A stretch of DNA of 64,000 bases from Tetramitus jugosus (lineage: Eukaryota; Protista; Heterolobosea). Below, one piece after another: positions 56,761 to 64,000 of the stretch; position 1 is the first letter of the stretch; each line of letters begins with the position of its first letter. Under the pieces are notes generated by a model. The model was not told the DNA's origin. It did no database searches and was given only the letters and a program-made list of their open reading frames with translations. The DNA is taken from NCBI GenBank assembly GCA_937625935.1, contig OW569386.1, forward strand, positions 355,932 to 419,931. The letters run 5' to 3'. A program made the translations under genes and the position numbers.

Positions 56761-58164
56761 AGCACCTCTTCCAACAACAGCTTCAACAACTTCCAACAAT
56801 TGAGATTAGGTTTCTGAAATGATTGAAGATAATATCGAGTGTTTGGTGGTTGTATTGATAGCATCAAGATATTGAGATCTGAAAATGAACAATGGGATCT
56901 TCCAAACAATAATTCCTTCGCATCCGCATGAGAAATATCGTCAGTTACTTTTTGGTGTCCAAAGCACCTTCCTCATCACTCTCATTTTCACTACTTTCTG
57001 CGTCAGAGGAAACTGGAGAACGAGTTGTCGTAGTGGTTGCAACGTCGTTTCTTCTTCCTCTTCTTCTTGGTATTTTCTAAAATTCGTAAGAACCTATTGA
57101 CAGAAAAACGAGAGTTAGAATGAAGTCATTGTGAATGAAGCAAGTTGTCCATTTGTATTGAATGAGCAGTTACGATGCACAGGAACAACTGCGCTTTTAT
57201 CGGTTCACGTGTCCAAACCAGTGTTTGTTGCTTGTTCCCATGACTGCTTCAAGGAACTTCTCAAGATGGTGTGTCAATTGCAAGCTGGCAACGTTTTCAG
57301 TTCCTTGAATCCTGCGTTTGATTCCATTGAGAGAATCTGAGTCCTTTTCTTTCGTTAAATATTCCACCGTGCAGAAGCACTTCTCAGTGTCACCAGTTCG
57401 AACCTTGACGACTCCTTTTGCGTGACTATTCTTCCCACATGATCACATTTCGTTGTTTTCTTTGTTTCTTTTGAACTCTCTACTCATCTCACTGTTCTTC
57501 TTGGCTCTTGAGTGTTGTTACTTGCTTTGATACCTTGGGTACCTGTTGCAGTTCATGTTTTCTTACGCAACCATACAGTAGGCAAAGTTGTGAGGGACTA
57601 TCAAGCCAACCGATGCAGGATTGAAATAAGCTTCATCTCGAAGTTGTGTCTGCAGTGAATTTTGAGGTGCGAATACGCTGGTTGAGCCACCTGAATTTCG
57701 ATTAATATGTGTTTGGGTCCTCATTCTTCTCTTTTTGGAGCGAGAAATAAAATATGTTGTTTGGTGCAAGGCAGCGATTTGTTAAGTTTTCAAAACTCGA
57801 AATCAATCTTAAAACTGGAACACCATTTCCACAAAAATGAGGAATCGAAGAAACAATGGAAAAAGTTACAAAAACCAACGCTTTCGGAAATACACAACTT
57901 CCAAGCTGTTGGGGATGGGTGAAAGTGGTAAAATAAAGAAAAGTTCCATTCAATTTATTGTTGTTCTTCGCCATCCAAGCGTTGCAACAAGCGGTCCTTG
58001 TGAGTGTCCTTGTGAGCTTGCTTAATCCTTGAATGCCTGGAAGAAAATTCATCTTCTGTGTGAAAGCTTGATCACCTTCAAGAATTCTCATACATGAAGC
58101 CATAACCATGGTTTTCATCTCTTCCATTCTGTCGCGAGATTCCTCTTGGCGCCTGATCTTGTTT

Positions 58165-58187
58165 GGGAGCGTCCAGATATTAGATTC
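58165..58187 (+). repeat. Second copy of the MITE terminal sequence
   Basis: GGGAGCGTCCAGATATTAGATTC, 22/23 identical to 56388-56410. Confidence 0.75.
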
Positions 58188-58959
58188 GGGATAGAACGAT
58201 GGTATTTTCAGTGTCCAACAGAAATTGTTAAAAAAAGCATGTAACTTTGGTACCAAAGTGAATATTTCTTGTTGAAATACACTCGGTAATCCTCACAGTT
58301 TTGTGCAAAAGTACGGAGATGGTATAGATTAGTGTTGTGGTGGTGACGGTAGATGCATTGCGGTGAGTGCAGTTTGAAAATCGTATTTTTGATAGTACTG
58401 CAAATATCTTGTTTTGTTTGTTGATTGAAGTTTAGCAAACTTGTTGAATGTTTGAAAGAAAGAAACAAACATGATTAATATTCAACTCACATAGTTCGCA
58501 CGAATTGATGAAAATATCAATGGATGTTCATTGGTTACATTGGTCATGATAATCCCAATACTGTAGTTCGCTTCTCATCGCATGGCTATGATTATACATA
58601 CATCTCTGACTTCCGTTTGATATATTTGATTCTGATCGTACAGCGTATTACGCATATCATGGACGAAGTGAAGAATAAGATACAGGGATATTGTGGCAAA
58701 CTACAGAACCTACACCCGTATTTCAGAATTGATAATAATTTGGAAGAATAGTGTTTTGTATACAGAGGAATACATTACTCCCTTTTGTTTCGCATTCTGC
58801 AATATCTTCCTACCATACTTTTACTGAGCGTTCAACAAAATTATACAACGAACAAAACCAAACCATCGCAGATAAGAGCTTGATTAATACACGGCTTTTC
58901 CAATTATTTTTTCTTCATTGACTATAATCATAACGTCAGAAGCACTTCCATAACATCAA

Positions 58960-59135
58960 CCGATGCTCAAGAACATGGGCAACATGATGGTGGAGTTCGT
59001 TTTCCAAAACTCCCAAATATGGTGGGTCGCTCATGAAAATTGGTTTCGTTCAAACTGAACAAAAGAAAAACAGCATATAGGGCTAAAAATAATTCAAAAG
59101 CAAGGACGTGAACCACGCCCAATTTTCCTAGCACC
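58960..59135 (-). mobile_element. Possible Mutator (MULE) transposase remnant
   Basis: C*ENWAWFTSLLLNYF*P...KPIFMSD followed by His/Cys-rich sequence resembles the MULE E..W.WF..L / p.f.sD / C..H motifs; heavily degraded. Confidence 0.3.
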
Positions 59136-60095
59136 CGGCAGAAAAGGGTTCTCTTCAATGACCAACACCACCTTCACCTCAAGGAAGACAAAGAGAAATG
59201 CGGAATCTCTCCGACAATTGCGAGAACTTTGTCTCCCTCGGTCAACACAGACCACAAGGATTTTTTGAGGGATGTCAGTCGTCCCGCTTGCAAATTTGCA
59301 AACTCACTATCTTCCATATTCCCCTTTTTTCTTTGGTTCATTTTTGTATGATTAGATAGCTGGAATGATGATCTATCTTTTGTTCTCTGATGATTCATTG
59401 ATTTGAAGCTTCCTCTTTTGTCTGGATCAATTTGGAGAATTTTTTTCCGACGTGACTTAACGGTAACCTCAAATTTGATTGATATCGATTGATTATTGAT
59501 CCATGAGTAAGTGCGTGTTTAAATATAGCAGCTCTTCGATTATTATCGGTTACAGACCTTATGTTCATGCATTGTTGTGTTTGTTGATGTTTACTTTTGC
59601 TACTTAATGGGATGATGTTAGGATTGAATAAAGTCATATGCCACACTTTGTCTTCGTTTGATTGTCTGTGTCAGAATCAGCAAGAGAGCATTATCATAAA
59701 TAGAAGCAATTGGAATTCTTCAATTCTTTCAGATGGTTCTTGCAATGAATTGATGGATGAGAAATGTTGAGTAATCCATCTATCATAAGATTTGGGACTC
59801 TCCTTATTAACTGGCATACTGAAAGTCTCATCCTTCAGAGGGTAAAAAATGTTTATGCTGAGAGACGAAAATAAATATTGACAGTATTTCCACTGAGGAA
59901 CTTTATTAGTATATCCAGAAGACCCTGTTAACAAGAATGTCGACACAGGAAGAGTATCTTCCGCATGAATGTCCAATGGAGGAATATCCAATTATTTCCT
60001 TTCGTACACTTCATTATACTTATGAAAACAAGTTCAATCAATCAGATCTTCCAAGCGAATAAAGTGAGATCAAGAAATTCGATTCAGCAGGGAGC

Positions 60096-60106
60096 AAAAC
60101 AAAAAA
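60096..60106 (-). terminator. RNA polymerase III terminator
   Basis: TTTTTTGTTTT on the - strand begins 2 nt after the discriminator base. Confidence 0.8.
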
Positions 60107-60107
60107 T

Positions 60108-60203
60108 CTCCCATACCGGGACTCGAACCCGGGTCTTCCGGGAACTTTAGCAATCAGCTGGGAAGTGAAAGCCGGATATCCTAACCAGCTAGACTATATG
60201 GGA
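60108..60203 (-). tRNA. trnE-TTC: tRNA-Glu(TTC) with a 23-nt intron at 37/38
   Basis: TCCCATA/TATGGGA acceptor stem, D loop AGCTGGTTA, TCCGG/CCGGA anticodon stem, TTC at 60169-60167, intron 60165-60143, T arm CCGGG-TTCGAGT-CCCGG; 73 nt mature. Confidence 0.95.
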
Positions 60204-60230
60204 AGATATTCCTATTATTCGAGTAAATAA

Positions 60231-60660
60231 TCAGAAAGTCGAGAAAAAACGAACACACACCTGTTGTTCGTGAGTATGAGAATCCACGCTTCCCCAGCAC
60301 AAGTTGGACAACATTGTCACATCTCCACACATCAGCAATTCTCCTCTCTTATTACACTTCATACATAAATTGGAATGAGAATGATCTTCATAATTGTATT
60401 CATCGTATTCGTTTTCTGTATCATATCCTTCACTGTCTGAATCTGAATCTGAATCAGAGAAGCATCCAGAATGCAACTGGGAATATGATATGGCTACTCG
60501 TTGTCTCTGAGTATTAATGATATTGCTAGTATCAATTTCATCGTTACTCTGATTACTTGCAGATCTGAAAGTACGAGTTGTTGTTTTCTTTCTTGGTTGC
60601 GAGGTTATTGTTCTCTTTCGTTTTCCAGTTGTCAGTTTTCTTTTTCTTCTTAGCAGTTGA
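60231..60660 (-). pseudogene. Remnant encoding basic tract, acidic tract and a PHD-finger-like motif
   Basis: RRKRKLTTGKRKR...SDSDSDSDSEGYDTENEYDE...LCMKCNKRGELLMCG, then CDNVV after a frameshift. Confidence 0.5.
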
Positions 60661-61058
60661 TTTAAGTTGATTTACCTGTTAGCTGTATAAGTTGCAATGT
60701 ATATTCTTTCACTGATAATTCGTTGTCTGAGTTTGGCTGTGTGGAATGAGAAGTTCAAAATGTTGCTTTGTGCTGGCTATATCTACATTGTTATTCTCAC
60801 ATCCCGCAAAAACTACTTGATGTGTTGCTAATATATCTTCTTTTGAGTCATGTCGTTTGTATTTTTCTTTTCCAAAATTGCTTATGCATATTAGCTCAAG
60901 AACCACCAACTCACACGTAGTATGAGAGCGAAGCGGGCAAGAGAAAAGGTTCTCGTTGCTCAGTTGGGATTTGGTGGAGGGACAGAGTCAGTAAATCATG
61001 GCAAAAGGTTAAAGGATGATATGCAATGTAACTTTCGAGTCGATAAATCTTTATTGCT

Positions 61059-61740
61059 TTAATATTCAATAGATTCTCGAATTTTCCTTCTCCTTTCTTC
61101 TTTCTTGACCTCATCATTCTTTTTCACTTGTACATATCCTCTACAGAGCTGATCACGCAGTCTAACCAAAAAGTCCTGCTGGGTAAATCCCTCAGGCAGA
61201 ACACGATTGTATTTGCGACAACCGTATGTATAGTAGATCCAACTATTCACAAGGACCATCTTCAACATTGCATAGAATCAACAACGTCTCCAGGAAGCAT
61301 TTCTATGTAAGGGCTTTTCATTGACCATGTTGAAGGCATCAACATGACCCATCCATTCTTTGTGAAATCATCTGCAATTAATGGAACATTATCTAATCGC
61401 TGTTTTCCTTTATGATCTGTATGTCTGAACCACATCATTGGCATGGAGATTCGAATAGAAATTTTTTGGCTTCGATCCTTTATCCTTCCATGACGTGCAC
61501 ACAAAAGACCCTGGCTTGTCGTTGAAAAATAGTGTAAATTCATATTCGTATCGTCAATAGTGTATGATGAATGAATCACCAAGCGATTGGTTTGTTTGTA
61601 TCATTGGTTGTTGAGATTGCCCATGTAACATGACCATCACCAATCTTGATGGCATGTGTGATTCAAGTCCTTGATATCATGGAGGAGTTGAATCAACGAT
61701 TTGGTAGCGTTTCGTTGAGTGTATGGTACCAGAATCACAA
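61059..61740 (-). mobile_element. Decayed piggyBac-family (DDE_Tnp_1_7) transposase, C-terminal part
   Basis: VPLIADDFT/[frameshift]/WMGHVDAFN...HRNASWRRC*FYAMLKMVLVNSWIYY...QQDFLVRLRDQL matches P....YN..MGGVD..D...W....F..ld....Na.i.Y...F...L...L; TGA at 61280-61278. Confidence 0.8.
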
Positions 61741-62246
61741 GTTGTGTTGTTCAATTGGTTTGTGCATGCTTCATCAACGAAAAAGTTTTTCGTCAAGATC
61801 CAACAAACAAAATTACTCTGTGCTTAATGATCGATGATGAATGACACAGAGAAGAAAATAGAGTGGTTCAAGCAAATGAACCCACAGAAGTTCAATGAAG
61901 CATACCGTACACCCGAGAGAACAGCAGCGATAATAGGGCTCATCCTTGGACCGCATGCGACTAAGAAGAATGCTGTCCAGTATATTCACACTTCAAAAGA
62001 TATTCAAATACAACTGGGTGTTAATTCACGTGAACTTACTGCAGCAAGTAACGTATACAAACGTACATTTCTGTGTATGAACGATGAATAGAATTCGAAT
62101 ACACCAGAGCCACCACGCAAAATAACTAGAGTATCATCAGAATCAGACTTCACAACTACTACAGTGGCAGCATTGAATACTCCACATACACACGCCTCGC
62201 AAGTGTGCGATAACTCCCAGATACATACAGAGACTATTGTTAATAC

Positions 62247-62268
62247 TGGGTTGGGTTTGGGTTTGGGG
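62247..62268 (+). repeat. Interstitial telomere-like tract
   Basis: TGGG TTGGG TTTGGG TTTGGGG, same orientation as the terminal array, ~1 kb inside it. Confidence 0.7.
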
Positions 62269-63245
62269 ATACATCCTGGATTCCCCAACCTAAGGAAACG
62301 ATTTCCTTATATGGTAATTTTTTTTTGAGATTTTTTATTGCTCTAAGAGCTTCAGCTGGTTGAGACGAAGAGATTGGCATTGTTTTCAACTCGATTTGAG
62401 CTTTATCGGCTCGTAGAGCCGATATATCTGTGCTGTATTTAACAGATTTTTATCGGCAACAGTGTTAAAACTGCAACAGATTTTAGACGATTTTGATTCT
62501 GTACTGGAGATAAGACGTACTAGTGACAAATGATTTCTTTGTTTTAGATCAGAGTATTGGGACATTATTTGATCATTTTTAACATGATTTCCTACTAACT
62601 ATATTTTTTGACTTGATGTCTTATGACTTGATTTTTCTGAAATTTTGACTGACTTGATTTCGCGTTTTTAGGAATAGAATCGACAGTTTTTATTATAGAA
62701 TCACGGTAGAATCAGATATTCTATCTATTATTGAGACCTTTCGCTTTAAAATCCTGTAAGTCAGTGAAATAGTGAAGTTTCAAATCTGAATCTAGCTTGA
62801 AGATCCAACGGGTCAGAAATACAGAATACTAGCTTTTCTGAATGACAATTCAGATTTATAGATGTAATAGACTGGAAAGCTTTTTCAAAAGTTCTTCTTC
62901 TAAGAGATTTGAACTCTGACAGTATGAGAACTCAAATTTTGTGTTTTTCTTGAATGCAGAGTTGAATACCCAGACCCAACCCATCATAACTGAAGAGAAG
63001 TAGGAATAATTACTCATTCAACATATATTGACTCACTAGATTGCTTCAAAAACATCCAGATGTTGAGCATTGAATGAGAGAATATCCGTTTTCGACAAAG
63101 AGTAAGGAGTGAAAGTCAAGAGATGGATAAAGAAATGGAATGAGTGATTTGAGCTTTCATTAATCTTGTTTGATCAGATTTTAGATGGCAGATCGATTCT
63201 ATTTTGAATTTGGATGAAGTTTTTGATTTTTGAGAAGAAAGTTGA
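62269..63245. other. Non-coding telomere-associated sequence
   Basis: AT-rich; no ORF of 60 aa or more in any frame beyond 62288; abuts the telomere. Confidence 0.6.
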
Positions 63246-64000
63246 TTTGGGTTTGGGTTTGGGTTTGGGTTTGGGTTTGGGTTTGGGTTTGGGTTTGGGT
63301 TTGGGTTTGGGTTTGGGTTTGGGTTTGGGTTTGGGTTTGGGTTTGGGTTTGGGTTTGGGTTTGGGTTTGGGTTTGGGTTTGGGTTTGGGTTTGGGTTTGG
63401 GTTTGGGTTTGGGTTTGGGTTTGGGTTTGGGTTTGGGTTTGGGTTTGGGTTTGGGTTTGGGTTTGGGTTTGGGTTTGGGTTTGGGTTTGGGTTTGGGTTT
63501 GGGTTTGGGTTTGGGTTTGGGTTTGGGTTTGGGTTTGGGTTTGGGTTTGGGTTTGGGTTTGGGTTTGGGTTTGGGTTTGGGTTTGGGTTTGGGTTTGGGT
63601 TTGGGTTTGGGTTTGGGTTTGGGTTTGGGTTTGGGTTTGGGTTTGGGTTTGGGTTTGGGTTTGGGTTTGGGTTTGGGTTTGGGTTTGGGTTTGGGTTTGG
63701 GTTTGGGTTTGGGTTTGGGTTTGGGTTTGGGTTTGGGTTTGGGTTTGGGTTTGGGTTTGGGTTTGGGTTTGGGTTTGGGTTTGGGTTTGGGTTTGGGTTT
63801 GGGTTTGGGTTTGGGTTTGGGTTTGGGTTTGGGTTTGGGTTTGGGTTTGGGTTTGGGTTTGGGTTTGGGTTTGGGTTTGGGTTTGGGTTTGGGTTTGGGT
63901 TTGGGTTTGGGTTTGGGTTTGGGTTTGGGTTTGGGTTTGGGTTTGGGTTTGGGTTTGGGTTTGGGTTTGGGTTTGGGTTTGGGTTTGGGTTTGGGTTTGG
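63246..64000 (+). repeat. Telomere, (TTTGGG)n, ~125 units
   Basis: Uninterrupted hexamer array to the window end with the G-rich strand running 5'->3' toward the end. Confidence 0.97.

Noticed and set aside
57340-57455. Possible TRASH/zf-FCS zinc-finger remnant (C..CGK...KCFCTVEY)
   Set aside because: Needs a frameshift and lacks the last Cys; too weak to call.
57702-58256. 184-aa ORF in the subtelomere
   Set aside because: Non-ATG start, runs through a transposon terminal repeat, no motifs; probably a composite of fossils.
62004-62288. 94-aa ORF beginning PKPKPNP
   Set aside because: The start is the antisense translation of the interstitial telomere tract.
1-64000. CRISPR arrays, prokaryotic operons, rRNA, non-standard genetic code
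   Set aside because: No repeat-spacer arrays or rRNA seen; spliceosomal introns and a telomere show a eukaryotic nucleus; conserved genes end at TAA, TAG or TGA with no internal stops.

Overview
Right-hand end of a chromosome from a gene-dense, intron-poor protist using the standard genetic code. The style (EGF/RCC1 surface proteins, short GT-AG introns, TTTGGG telomere) suggests a heterolobosean such as a Naegleria/Acrasis relative; this taxonomy is inference. From 1 to ~56 kb it is tightly packed genes: GON4L/DUO3-like Myb protein, F-box/SPRY, syntaxin, inositol 5-phosphatase, APC13, cytokinin-dehydrogenase-like flavoprotein, GH27 alpha-galactosidase, CEP41, TauE, RPS16, RCC1-like, F-box, adenosine kinase, a ~5,500-aa RCC1/EGF surface protein and an LPMO-like secreted protein. 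From ~56 to 63.2 kb is a subtelomeric field of decayed DNA transposons (Harbinger/ISL2EU-type split by a MITE, piggyBac, possible MULE) around one intact intron-containing tRNA-Glu, and 63,246-64,000 is a (TTTGGG)n telomere. The strongest candidate for an undescribed system is the head-to-head paralog pair at 24.7-30.6 kb. Both are ~930-950-aa tail-anchored beta-rich proteins; at the same internal position one carries a VAMP-type R-SNARE motif and the other a Q/N-rich low-complexity segment. All family calls come from motif recognition by eye; no database searches were run.
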